Shown here in pieces: positions 30,777-43,671 of a DNA stretch of 64,000 nucleotides. This DNA is from Dictyostelium discoideum (lineage: Eukaryota). Location of the stretch: positions 4,032,001-4,096,000 of the forward strand of contig CM000153.2 in assembly GCA_000004695.1 (NCBI GenBank), written 5' to 3'. The first letter of the stretch is position 1. Every line of letters begins with the position of its first letter. The translations under genes and the position numbers were made by a program. The notes under the pieces were generated by a model, which was not told where the DNA came from, did no database searches, and worked only from the letters and a program-made list of their open reading frames with translations.

Positions 30777-30976
30777 TAATAATAATTATAATAATATTAA
30801 ATAATTTTAAAAATTAATAAATAAAATAAATAATATTTAATTTAAAAAAAAAAAAAAAAAATTTATTAAACAAATTTATGTCAAAAGTATTTAATTAAGA
30901 TTAAATTGAAAGGAATAATTTTTTTTGTTTGATTTTTGTAATTTTATGAACTAATGAAAATATGGGTACCTAAAAA

Positions 30977-32214
30977 TTACATTCCAATTGTTACAGTTTC
31001 ATTATCTGGTAGTGGTTTCCATGTTTTATTTATTTCAGATGCTAATTTTATAAATGCTTCTTCGACACCCAAAGATTCCTTTGCACTAACCTCAATAATT
31101 GGAATGTTTTTATCATCTGCAAATTTCTAAAATAAAAATTAAAAAATTTTTAATAATTTTTTTTTTAAAATAAATTCTATAAAAAGTAAACTTTGATTTT
31201 AATAATTACTTTTGCATTATTAAAATTCACAACTCTTTTTTCATTAAGGTCGCATTTATTTGCAATAATTAAAATTGGAACATTTGGACCTGCTAACCTA
31301 TGCACTTCTTCCAACCATCTACCTACATTATCAAATGTTTTTTGATTTGCGATATCATAAAAAAGCATAATACCATCAGCACATCTATAATAGGACTGAG
31401 AAAGTGCCCTGAATTTTTCTTGGCCTGCAGTGTCGTAACATTTGAGGCTTATTTTTTTACCTTCTATTTGAATTTTTTTTGTAAAACAATCAATTATTAT
31501 AGGTGATGGTTTATGACAAACTTCAAATTGATTATTTTTAAATCTTTGTAATACTGAAGATTTACCTGTTGCTTGATCACCAATTACTTTTTTTTTTTTG
31601 TGTGTGAATAAAAAGTTGGATCTATGTTGAAAAAAAAATAATAATAATTATAAAAATATTTACATATAATAGTATATACATCACTATTGTTTAAAAAATA
31701 TCATTAATAAACTATTCAATTTTATTATCAAATAACCAATAAATAAATGAAAAAAATAAAAAAAATATATTTACTCTTTCTTTATTTTTTCCATTGTGGT
31801 TGGTTCTGATACATAATTAGAAGACTTTTCTCTTGAGTGAAAACAACCCGTTTATAATAGTTTTCAATATTTTTTTAGAAAATATAAAAATAATTTAAAA
31901 AAAGAAATAGATAATAAATTAATTTCAAAAAATAAATTTTTTGAAAGTTGGAGATCTTAAAAATATTTACTCTTTATTTGTTTTTACGGCTGAAGTTGGT
32001 TCTCTTGAGTGAAAACAACCCATTTTTAATAGTTTTCAATATTTTTTAGAAAATATAAAAATAATTTTAAAAAAGAAATAGATAATAAATTAATTTCAAA
32101 AAATAAATTTTTTGGAAGTTTGAGTTCTTAAAAATAAAATAAAAAAATAAAAAATATTTACTCTTTCTTTGTTTTTCCAGTTGCAGTTGGTTCTCTTGAG
32201 TGAAAACAACCCAT
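30977..32214 (-). CDS. Rab-like small GTPase lacking C-terminal Cys prenylation motifs, with predicted N-terminal MGCxxS myristoylation/palmitoylation exon. Core exons 31210..31621 and 30977..31126, plus one of three tandem alternative 5' exons (32162..32214, 31971..32023, or 31775..31794)
   Basis: Core exon 2 reads (E)SNFLFTHKKKKVIGDQATGKSSVLQRF…DTAGQEKFRALSQSYYRCADG…NKCDL…NNAK. That covers the G1 P-loop GxxxxGKS, the DTAGQE switch II, and the NKxD G4 motif. It ends at AAA|GTAATT in phase 0. The terminal exon follows ttttag: KFADDKNIPIIEVSAKESLGVEEAF…TVTIGM* (SAK G5 motif, no CC/CxC/CaaX). For the 5' exons, the distal and middle units encode MGCFHSREPT(A/S)… and end AAAGA|GTAAAT in phase 2. 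The acceptor acatag|A at 31623-31622 completes that codon, so the frame runs directly into the P-loop. The 53-nt exon sits inside a roughly 190-bp unit tandemly repeated three times (31770-32335). The proximal copy has ACG in place of the ATG but keeps an in-frame ATG (MEKIKKE) and the same donor. Confidence 0.6.
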
Positions 32215-32335
32215 TTTTAATAGTTTTGAATATTTTTTAAAAAATATAAAATTAATTTTAAAAAAGAAATAGGTAATAAATTAATTTCAAAAAATAAATT
32301 TTGAGTTCCTAAAAATAAAAGAAAAAAAAAAATAA
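31770..32335. repeat. Three tandem copies of a ~190-bp unit, each carrying a candidate 5' exon and GT donor for the Rab-like GTPase
   Basis: The unit boundaries repeat (…aaaatatttactctttc/atttg…gttggttctcttgagtgaaaacaacccatttttaatagttttcaatatttttt agaaaatataaaaataatttaaaaaaagaaatagataataaattaatttcaaaaaataaatttttt g(a/g)aagtt(g/t)gag(a/t)tcttaaaaa). Copies 2 and 3 are about 95% identical. Copy 1 has a 22-nt insertion and ATG>ACG. Confidence 0.8.
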
Positions 32336-32802
32336 AAAATAAAAAAAATAAAAAAGATAAAAATAGAATAAAAAAAAAAAAATAAAAAAAAAATAAAAAT
32401 TAAATAATTAAAAAAAAAAATAAATGGCACCACCATATAATTATAAAAAAAAAAAAATTTAAAAAAATAAGAAAATCAAATTTATTTGAAGTTCATTTTT
32501 CAATATATAAATATTTGTTAAATTTAGAACGAAATAAATAGTTAGAAAATGGGTAATAATTAATCAAAAAAAAAAAGTAAAAATAAAAAATAAAAAAGAT
32601 AAAAAATCAAAAAAAATAAATCAATTATAATTAAAATAATAAAAAAAAATAATAATAATAAAGTTTTATTAATAAATAATTTACCTTCTTTTTAAATTTT
32701 ATAATAATTTTTTTTTTTTTAGGCTATTTTATTTAATCTTTTCAGTCAAATGTTATCTATTTTCTCCAATTTATTTTTAAACTATTATTTTTTTAAATTA
32801 AT

Positions 32803-35352
32803 TTATTTATCTTTTTTAACTTCTTTTACAGGGGAAGGTGAAGAAGTTGCGGCTTTTTGTTGTTTTTTTAATAATTTTTGTTGTTGATTAATTTGTTTTT
32901 GAGTGAGTGGTTTTGTTGATTGTTGTTGTGGTGATGTTGGTTGTTGTTGAGATGGTGTAATAATTTCTGGTATTTGTTGTTGTTGAGCTGCTTGTTGAGC
33001 TGCTTGTTGTTGTTTTTGCTGAGCTGCTTGTTGTTGTTGTTGTTTTTGTTGAACTGTATCATTTGATTTTTTGTTTGCAACTTCATCATCGTCGCTATCA
33101 TCATCTGCAGCATCACCAATTTTTCTTTGTGGTGGTACAGGTTGTTGTTGAACACGTGGTAATGGTTGAAGTTGTAATGGACGTGGATTATGAGCGAGAT
33201 TAATTGAAACATCAGTTTCAACATCACAACCTAAATAACCATCACACATGACGTAGAGTGAATAATGAGCGGTACCAATTTCAGCGGCTGAAAGGAATGG
33301 ATATTTAACGATGGTACCTGGTGTAAAGGTTTCAGTTTTACCCAATGCAACCAATTCATTCTTTTGACGATTACCCATTAAAATCCAAAAGTTTACTGGT
33401 TTATCATCAAATGTGAATGGAGAATGACATAATTCCTTTGGTGGATTAATTAATGATTTCTTTGGTACTTTCTCCCAAGCATCATCGTCATCACTATCAC
33501 TGTATTCATCGTCATCAAATTCAGAGTCATCATCAGAGTCTTCAATTTCATTACCATCTGCATCTAAAATCTTTTTCTTTTCTTTCTTTTCTTTCTTTTC
33601 TTCTTTGATTTCTTCTTCTTGTTGTTCATCTTCACTTTGATCTTTTTCTTCGGCTTTACCAGAGGAGGAAGGGGATGATTCATCTTCTTTAGCACCATCT
33701 TTAGTTTTTTTAACGGTTGTTCTTTTTCTTGCACCACCTTTCTTTTCGGCTGGAGCTAAATTTGGTTTATTTTTAGCTGCTTCTTTGGTTGCGATGGCAG
33801 CGGCGGCTTCTTCTTGCTTTTGTTTTTTAAGTGCAATTTGATCAACAAACTCAACCTCTAAAATACAAACGGAACTAGCTAAGAATGTTGGATTTTCAGA
33901 GGTGATTCTCCATTTGATACCAACTTGACAAGGAATCTTTTCGAGGATGTTTTCAATATCTTTAATCTTTGCGTCGTTGAGGGCGGTACCACCAACTTTA
34001 GTTAATAGCTCCTTTCTCTTTTCCTCAGACATAGCTTTGAATTTGGCAATGTCTTGAACGTGATTACTCTTTAATTGTTGAGCCATGAAACTATCGAGAT
34101 GTGGTAATTGTTTGAGGGATTGATCTTCCCAAGCGCTTTGCATGATACATTGTGAGAGTTTAACCAATTCTACCAAACCAACCAATTGACGTTTCTCACG
34201 AGTGACTTGAAAAGCACCAGTCAAATAATGACGATAGGTCTTTATGATTTGATTGAGGTCATCTCTGAGGGTTTGTGGCATATCTTTGATACGGCATAAA
34301 TGGGCATACAATAGAATGGTACCCTTTACAATGTATGGAGCGTTGAAACGTGCCTTCTTAACCTTGTATGCGTCGGGAATGGATTTGAAGAGATTCTTCA
34401 AGTTTTCATCATCACTCTTTCTCTCTACCAAACTTGTCTTATACTCTGTGGTTGCAGCTAAAATTTCAATCATTGACTTTAGACGAGTTGTACCATCGAT
34501 CACATGATAGTAGAGTGCTAATGATTGTTGTTCAATTTGTGCTGGTAATTTACTCTTGGTACTCTTATTCCAATAGTAAACTGCACTTGGTAATGCAACA
34601 ACCAACAATAACAAATACACTGTCAATACAATTGGTGAATTACCCTTATTAATCAACCATGATGGTAATGCAATACCAATGGACATACGTTGTGGTCCAT
34701 CTGGATTACCATAAGTTTCCCATTTCTCTCTAATTGCATCATCAGTTAATGCTTGATATGCTTTTGCAATTGACATATACATTTCCTCTGCTTCAACATT
34801 ACCTGGATTCTTATCTGGATGAAATTTCAAACTCATCTTTTTATGTGCTTTTTTAATTTCTTCTGTTGTTGCTCCCTAAAAAAAATAATAATAATAAATA
34901 ATATTAAAAAATTAATATTTAATATATATTATTATTATTTTTTTTTAAAATTATTTATATATTTAATAATAATAACTTACAGGTTCAATGCCAAGAATTG
35001 TATAAGGATTATATGGTTCTTTAGTTGGTGCTGTACTTGTTAAAACAATGTATAACAAGAAGAAAAAGAGTACCCAAAAGAATGCAATGATACCAATTTT
35101 AATTTTATTTGATGTTGATTTCATTTCTTTCTTTTCTAATTTAATTCTTTCTTCAGATTTTCTTTCACAACCTTCACATGAACAATCGAAATGTTTAGCG
35201 ATTGGTTTTGGATTGAACTTTTTCCATAACCAAATTGTTGATGGAATTAATGCAACAAATAAAAAGAATACAAGCCATTGTACAAATTCAATATCTTTAT
35301 AATCCTCAGTTGATGATGTTTCTTTTCCAAAATTTGGGTGACTATCTTTCAT
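32803..35352 (-). CDS. sec63: Translocation protein Sec63 homolog (DnaJ domain plus Sec63/Brl domain), two exons: 34981..35352 and 32803..34875
   Basis: Exon 1 (MKDSHPNFGKE…three hydrophobic stretches…PYTILGIEP) ends at CCT|GTAAGT in phase 0. A 105-nt intron follows. Exon 2 follows ttttag: GATTEEIKKAHKKMSLKFHPDKNPGN…EMYMSIAKAYQALTD, a J-domain with the HPD motif. It is followed by the Sec63/Brl-type domain, an acidic/Lys-rich region, and a Gln-rich C-terminus. The domain order matches Sec63. Confidence 0.8.
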
Positions 35353-35501
35353 TTTTTTTTTTTTTTTTTTTTTTTTTCTCTCTTTAAGAATTATTAATTT
35401 AAAAGAAAAATTGAGAAATTAAAAAAAAAAAAAATTTTTTTTTTTTTTTTAATATATATAATATTATATTATATATTGAACTGATAGAAAAATAAAATGA
35501 C

Positions 35502-35533
<32 letters not shown>

Positions 35534-35783
35534 AATAAAAATAAAAAAAAAATAAAAAAAATAAAAAAATAAAAAAAAAATAAAATTTATTTTTGATAAT
35601 AGTTGAAATTTGGGGTGTCACGATAAAAAAACAAAAGGAAAAGTCAAACAAAAATAAAAATAAAAAAAAAAATGGAATGAAACACTAATTTATAGATTTT
35701 TAAAAAAAAAAAATGGTAATCCAATTTCTTTATTTTAAAAATTTAAATAAAATAAATAAATAAATAAAAAACAAATATATTTA

Positions 35784-35817
<34 letters not shown>

Positions 35818-35972
35818 CTCTAAACTTTAAACACAAATCTGTATATTTTTTAAAAAAAAAAAAAAATGATTAATCTGATATTTTAATTTTCAAAAATTTA
35901 AATAAAATAAATAAAATAAAAAAAAAATAAAATAATAAATATATATAAGTCTTTATTTTTTTTTTTTTTTTT

Positions 35973-38792
35973 CTAAACACTTCCTTTTCTTAAATTTTTT
36001 CCAATTGTACTTTTTCTTGTTAAAATTCTATGACCACCAGCGGTATTACTACCACCACTATTATTATTATTAATTGGAGAAGAAGAAGTTGGTGATGATG
36101 ATATTGAATTATTTGATGAGATCGATCCAATCGATTCACGTTCGCCCATAATACCATCTTCCTCTTCTTTATTCCAAGAAAAGTTTTTAAATGGAGAATC
36201 TAAATTATAAACACTGGCAGCTGATGATTTTCTTCTTTGGAAATTAATTTTTGCATTTAATTCAGGATCACAACTTAGAGTTAAATTATTATTTGTTGGT
36301 TGTTGAGAATTATTATTTGAATTTGAATTTGAATTTGGTAATGAGATTTCTTTAATGGTTGGTTTGAATGGTGGTGTAATCATTTTACTTTCCAACATTC
36401 TCCAAGGTATTAACTCAAAGAATGGATGGGAAGAGATCTCTTCAAAGCCTTGGGTTGAGCCTAACCTTTTATTTGGGTCGGGTACCAATAGTTTCTCCAA
36501 TAAATCTTGTGCATCGGATGAGAGGAACATTGGCATTCTTAGATTACCTTGAATCATTGATTTATACATATCATTTCTGTTGCTTGCTAAAAATGGTGAT
36601 CTTCCAGTTAACATTTCAAACAATAATATACCAACAGACCACCAGTCCGCTGCCTTACCATGGCCTGCGCCAGTGATAATTTCCGGAGCCAAATATTCTG
36701 GTGTGCCACAAAATGTGGTTGCAAATCCACCTTCGCCACCATTTTTACTACCAACCACACTTGTGATACCAGATTTACTTAGACCGAAATCGGTCAATTT
36801 TATATGACCCTCCTCATCCAATAGAATGTTCTCGGGTTTAATATCTCTATAGATGATATTATTGGAATGTAGATAATGTAATGAACAAATCACCTCTGCT
36901 ATATAAAACTTTGCCAATTCCTCAGGGAATTTTCCAGCTTTTTGTAAATGATGGAATAATTCACCACCTGGTACATAATCCATACACATGAATAGGAAAT
37001 CCTCATTTTGGAATGCAAAATGTAATCTAACTATAAATGGATGGTCCATCGTTGACAATACCATCTTCTCTGTATTTGTATGTGCAATTTGTTTCTTTTT
37101 CAACATATCCTTCTTATTCAATACTTTCATAGCATAGAATTTACCTGTATCTTTTCTACGTACTAAATAAACTCTACCAAATGATCCAACTCCTAATACT
37201 TTTAATAGTTCAAAATCATCAATTGTTAATTTCTTTATACTTTGTTTATTCTTTTTATTTAAACTCTTTGATGATGATAAATCACGATCTGATGATGATG
37301 AAACTTCTAAATTATCAAAATTGATTGTACTTGAACAAACATCTTTTTTATCATTTGTTTGGGATGTGGTAGTTGAATTTGATTTTGTTATATTATTATT
37401 ATTACTATTATTATTTGATGGTAATGATGATGGTTGATTAATATAAGGATTATCTTTTTCTTTATTAATTTTACTACTACTATTACCACTACCACCACTA
37501 CCAATATTATTATCTTTATTTTTATCATCTTTATTATCATCTAAAACTATTTTAATATCAGCTTTTGTAATTGGTGTTGGTGTTGTTGTTGCTACAGTTT
37601 GAGTTGATTTCGAACTTTTCTTTAAAAGGAATTGTTTTTTCAATTCTTCTGCTCTAATTTTCCAAACTCTTGAACCCTCGGTTGAGTTACTATTTGGTGT
37701 ATTTGGCATTGCATTAATATGTTGCATTAATGCAGTTTGAGAATTAGAATTTGGTGTTAATGGACTTAATCCCATTGATTCACTTTCATTATTAAATTTT
37801 GATGCTTGTGATATTGGTAATGTTGGTGTTTTAAATGTTGACGTTGTTGTTGTTGTAGTTGTTAAATTACTATTATTATTATTATTATTATTATTAAATG
37901 AAATACTACTATTATTATTTGAACTATTTATAATACCACTACTATTAATTGATGATGAATAAAGACTACTATTACTTGCTGATGATGCTATTAAATTTGG
38001 TGGTGTTGAATTATTAGCATTATTATTATTACCACCACCGCCACTTGCCGATGAACTACTTGTACTGCTACCTGATAAACCTTGTGGATGATATGTTGGT
38101 GATGATATATTATTTTCACTAGTACTTTGAGATAATTGACTAATCATTCTACTACTACTTAACATTGGACTTGATCTATGTACACCAACACTCTCTGATA
38201 ATGGTGGTTGTGGAGGTGGTGATGATGACGTTGGTTGATTCGATGGATCACTAACATATAATCTTATTGGACTTGTATTTGGACTGGTGGCAGTACTATT
38301 CGAACCATTGCTACTAACACCACTTCCACCACCACCACCACCAGATGGTGATCCAACTCCTAATCTTTTAAATTCCGATATTATACTTTTGGCTTGTTCT
38401 GGTGTTTCTGCTTCAAAATGATATCGATGTAAAAATGTTAATGAAAATTTATGTGAATCAGTTGGATCTTGCTCAATACTATAAACATCTGAATTTCTAA
38501 CAAACCATTGACATGATTGTCCATTTAAATTTGAAACTCCTAATGAACTAACTGCCAATGTTCTAAAAATAATTAAATATAAATAAATTATTAATTATTT
38601 ATTATTATTATTATTATTATTATTGATTTTTTTTTTTTTTTTTTTTTACCTTTGTTGTCTTTTTCCATATGCATTTACTTTTATTACATCATATTGAGTG
38701 CAATACCTTTCTTTATGATGTGATAAATCTCTTTCTTTTTTCAAACCTGGAAACCATGAAGTTGGTGTCTTTGTTTGTTTTTTAAACGACAT
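35973..38792 (-). CDS. AGC-family serine/threonine protein kinase (~907 aa), two exons: 38650..38792 and 35973..38562
   Basis: Exon 1 (MSFKKQTKTPTSWFPGLKKERDLSHHKERYCTQYDVIKVNAYGKRQQ) ends at AG|GTAAAA in phase 2. The acceptor is ttttag at 38564-38563. Exon 2 begins (R)TLAVSSLGVSNLNGQSCQWFVRNSDVYSIEQDP…. The kinase core shows LGVGSFGRVYLV…AMKVL (VAIK-like), YRDIKPENILLD, DFGLSKSG, and the activation-loop segment TFCGTPEYLAPE. The C-terminal AGC tail ends in the hydrophobic motif FKNFSW. A long Ser/Asn/Thr/Gly low-complexity region lies between the N-terminal domain and the kinase domain. Confidence 0.75.
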
Positions 38793-40415
38793 ATTTATCT
38801 TTTATATAATTATTTATTTTATTGTACAATTTGAAATAATAAAAAAAAAAAAAAAAACTCTATTCTATATTTTTTTAATATATATAGATTGATAGAATTT
38901 AAATTTTTAAAAAAAAAATAATAATAATAATAAAAAAAAAAAAAAAAAGAAAAAAATAAAATTATAAAATTTTTAGATATATGAATTTGAAAGCTTTATA
39001 ATTAGCTGCAACAAAAAAAAAAAGTTTTGTGGGGATGTTATTTTTGTTATTCTTTTTTTTTTTTTTTTGTTGTTTATTATTTTTTTTATTATTTTTTTTT
39101 TTAGTTGTGTTATTTTTGATTTGGTGAATTCAAAAATAAATTTTGTGTGTGTTGTGTGTGATGTTATTGATGGTGAGTGTTTTTTTTTTTTTTTTTTTTT
39201 TTTTTGCGAAGGTACTGTTATATGTTTTATTTTTAAAACAAAACTTTCATAATTTAAATTCTCCTCTATTGGGTACCCCTTCAAATTGTTATTATTTTTT
39301 ATTTATTACTATAACTTTTTTTCTTTTTTTTTTTCTTTTTCTTTTATTCCAACCATTAATTTTTTGGTTTTAGATATATATCAAATTTGGAATATTTAAA
39401 TATTATTATTATTATTATGAAAAAAAAAAAAAAAAAAAAAAAAAAACTAAAACTAAAAAAAAAAAAATTGATAGGGAAAAAAAAAAAAATTGAAAATTGC
39501 AATTGGGACAAATAATAATCACACTGATGATAAGAAACAAATTAATAATAATTGGCCGACTTTCGACAATATTTAACTGGCTGGTAAAAAAAAAATTAAA
39601 AAAATTAAAATTAAATAAATTTTTTTTTTTTTTTTTTTTATTTTTTTTATTTTTTTTTTTTTTTGTTTTATAACCTTTGTAGTTTTTCGTTGAATGATGG
39701 TGTCAGAAATTGAATTAAATTTTAAAAAAGAAAAAAAAAAAAACAACACTTAATTGTGTATTTCCTTTGGGTCTTTTATTTTTTATTTCTTTTTTTTTTT
39801 TTTTTTTATCGCTTTTTCTATTCACTTTTTTTACTTTTTTTTTCCACCTTTTTTTTTCCCACATTTATCGAATTCGAAACCAATTGGTTTTGATTTTTTT
39901 CAAATCTACTTTTTTTTATCCGATCACCATATTATTGTAAATATTGATCTTTATTTTTTTTTTTTTTCGTTTTGTTTTTGATCAAATAATTCAAAGAAAA
40001 AAATTCAAACCTGCTCAAACGCCCAAAAAAAAAATATTCGATTCTGAAATCAATTATTTTATATTTCAGGGGTTTTTCTCAAAATTTTTTTTTAAAATGT
40101 TGTCGAACTTAACAAATAAAAAAAGCATATTTTATATACATATATTAAAAAATAAATAAAAATAGAAAAAATTTAAATTTCCAAAGATTCTATACTTTTT
40201 TTTTTTTTTGTGATCGATCACAGTTGAATTACGAAAATTCACATAATAATTAAAATACGATTAAATTGTGATAGTTTTTAAAAAATCCTCTCATCTCTCT
40301 TTTTTTGTTTGTTAAAAATACATCTAAAAAAATTTTAAAATAAATAAGCTACCAAAACTATAATTTGTTTTGTTGTTTTTTTTAGTTTACTATCTCCAAT
40401 AAATTTATTTTATAT

Positions 40416-41194
40416 TTAGTTTTGTTGTGGAGCTGGGGCACTACGTTCAGTTCTGTATTGACCACGACCCATACCACCACGACGATCACCACCTTGACGA
40501 CGATCACCACGGTTGAATGATGGATCGAAATCACCAGAGGCACCGGTTCTCTTGGTTTCTTCAGATCTGGTGTAGGTTGATGGACGTGAAGCTTGTTTCT
40601 TCATAGTTGCTGGGACAACAGATTCTGGGACTTGGAGATAGGTTCTTAAGTATTTGATACCTTCTTCAGTTAAGACCCAGTAGTAATATTGCCAGTTGAA
40701 AGTTTCAGTGACGAATTTTCTTGATTTGAAGGATCTTAAGATTTGTAAGACATCTAAATTTGAAACAGTTTCAATTTGTGGATGCTTAGCTAAATGGAAG
40801 TCCTTTGGGGCAACCAATACACCTTCTACATAATTCCAATAAATAATAATATAATAAAAAAACAGTTAGTTTCAATCCTTCGTTTGTAATTTTGTTTTTT
40901 CTGTTTTCTCTCTTCTCACTCTCTCACGTTATCTTTAATCCAACAATTTAATGTAACTTTGTCAACCTGTTTCTATATCCAAACATAGTCTCCCCTCTGA
41001 TTTTCTTTAATCTTGATCAAACTTTTTTTTTATCTGTAATCCTTTATCAATATCCTCTCAATCCATCATAAATTTAATGTAATCTTTGTCAATCTATTAT
41101 TAAAAAGTACTCTTATTGTGTTTTATAAAAGTTCTTTACCTTGGAATAAGTATCTGTAGATAGCAAGTTTGTTTTCAGTTGGAATGAGTGGCAT
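40416..41194 (-). CDS. rps10: 40S ribosomal protein S10 (eS10), two exons: 41140..41194 and 40416..40825
   Basis: Exon 1 (MPLIPTENKLAIYRYLFQ) ends at G|GTAAAG in phase 1. The intron is 314 nt. Exon 2 follows tatgtag: (E)GVLVAPKDFHLAKHPQIETVSNLDVLQILRSFKSRKFVTETFNWQYYYWVLTEEGIKYLRTYLQVPESVVPATMKK… and ends in the RGG-rich tail typical of eS10. Confidence 0.85.
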
Positions 41195-41499
41195 TGTATT
41201 ACTTTGTCTGTTAACAAAAAGATTCGAAAAGGACTTTGAAAACCAAAAACTTTTTTTAAAAAACACCCCTCAAAAAATTTTCAAATTTTTTTTTTTTTTT
41301 TTTTAATTTTTTTTTTTTTTTTTTTTTTTTTTTACTCCAAAAATCTCATAACAAAACGCGCAGGAAAATAAAAATAAAAATAGTCTATCATTTTTTCATT
41401 TTTCATATTTTCATTTTTACATTTTTTAATAAGAAAAAAAAATAAAAATAAATATCAAACAGATTTAAACTATATTACTAAATTAGGTTAATTAAAAAA

Positions 41500-41538
<39 letters not shown>

Positions 41539-41640
41539 CCATTCCCAAAAATTTTTTGGACCTTTACAAAGAGTATTTTTAATTGGAACCGGTTTCAAAT
41601 TTTTAACTAAATTAATTTTTTCCCCTCCTTTTTAAAAAAT

Positions 41641-41690
<50 letters not shown>

Positions 41691-42133
41691 ATAAAATCTA
41701 GATATATAAATAATATCCAGATTTTATTGACAAAATAAAATAAAAAATAAAAATAAAATAAAATAAATAATTAAAACAAAAAAAAAAAAAACTAAACATA
41801 AATTGTTTTTTTAATTTTTCTTTCCTTATTAATTTATTGTTTTTATATATACATATATATATAAATTTATTATTTTAAAAAGTAAAAAAAATAAATTAAA
41901 CAATTATAATAAAAAAAAAAAAATTGTTTTTTCACCCTTTTTTTTTTTTTTTTTTTTCATTTTCATTTTCACCTTTTTTTATTAAACTTCACATACACAA
42001 TTATTAATATATATATTAGGAAAGTATATCTTCATACATGTATATATAATATTCAAACAAATAAATTTTTTTTTTTTATTTTTTTTTATTTTTTTTTATT
42101 GTTTATTATTTTTTTTTATTTTTTTAAATGTAA

Positions 42134-42941
42134 ATGTTTGATTCACATATAGAAGATTTAATAGAGAATAGAGTCATGAATGACGAAATTACAAGTAATA
42201 AATCATCACCATCATTAAGGAGTATTCAACCACAAATATCAAGGGGTTTAAAAGATTTAATTAATCATCCACTGCCTAAAAGTAATTTAAGTGATATTGG
42301 TAGTGTTGGAAGTCAAAATAGTAGTAAATCAACTACACCACAATTAAATAAAAAATCAAAAACTACTGCTGCAATAAATTCATCAATCAAATTTGCAAAT
42401 AGAAAAGATCAATCATTAAGAGAGGTAGTTGAAGAATGGAGAACTGATTTCTATCCTGATTTATCTTATGATTATTTTAATGAAAATCCAATATCATTAT
42501 CATCATCAAATAATAACAATGATTACAATTTTAATGGTAATAAAAATAATGAAAAAGAAGATGATGAAGAAGAACAAGAAGAAGAGGATGGTGATGATGA
42601 TGATGATAATGAAAACTCATCAACAGAAAATAGTGATGAAGATAGTGATGAAGATAATCAAAGTAAAGAGGAAGACAATGATAATGTAAAGAATAATAGT
42701 ACATATAATGAATATATAAATAATTTAAATAATATGAAAGATCAAAAGGTTGAACAAGTACAAGAGGAATCATTACTTGAACAAAGAGTTAAACAATGGA
42801 AGAGTGATATAAGAACCGATATTTTAGAATCATCCGAATTGTTTATGGAACATTTACCACAAAGAGTATTTGAAAAAAAAGTAATCTCTGAACTACCAAT
42901 GACACCTTCAACAAAGAAAGAACCAATACAATCACCAAATA

Positions 42942-42989
<48 letters not shown>

Positions 42990-43129
42990 GTAGTAGTAGT
43001 AGTGGTAGTAGTGGAGGGGGAGGTAAATCACAATTTGAATATTGGAGAGATAATTTTAATAAAACAATGGATGAAAAAATGAAAGAAAAGAAAAGAACAA
43101 ATAAAATTACAATAACATCTAATAAATAA
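42134..43129 (+). CDS. Hypothetical acidic Ser/Asn-rich protein (331 aa)
   Basis: A single ATG ORF with an Asp/Glu-rich central block, a poly-Asn tract, and the C-terminus …SQFEYWRDNFNKTMDEKMKEKKRTNK. No recognisable domain. Confidence 0.4.
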
Positions 43130-43229
43130 TAAAGTTTATTTTGATTTAATATTCTTTACAAAAAAAATAATTACATGTAACTTTTTTTATTTTTTTATAA
43201 ATTAAAATCTTTGAGATTTTATAAATTAT

Positions 43230-43631
43230 CTATCTATAATTTGGGTCTAAATAATTTGTTTCACCAGATGGATAAGAGAATTTATAATCATCATCCATGA
43301 AATAATTATCAGGATTATCGATTGCGGTCATGTGATGTGAAGAGTTATGCGAGCCAATCTCTTCATATTTCTCTTTACAATCTTCACATAAATCAACTTC
43401 ATTTATACATTCAGCACAATGCCATCTAGTTCCAATAATTGGTTCAATATCACATCCATCACATTTAAATCCAGTATGTTCAACTTTTGATTTACCAACA
43501 TGTGATGATGATGATGATGATGATTTATTTTTAATTTTTTCATCATTATCAGATCTATCGGATGATGAATCAATTCTTGATGTTGGTTGTGGTTGTTTAT
43601 TATTGTTATTATTATTATTATTATTATTATT

Positions 43632-43671
<40 letters not shown>

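Noticed and set aside
42429-43031. ORFs 42429..42689 +, 42531..42773 -, 42843..43031 -
   Set aside because: They are alternative-frame or antisense products of the acidic and poly-Asn coding region of gene 42134..43129.
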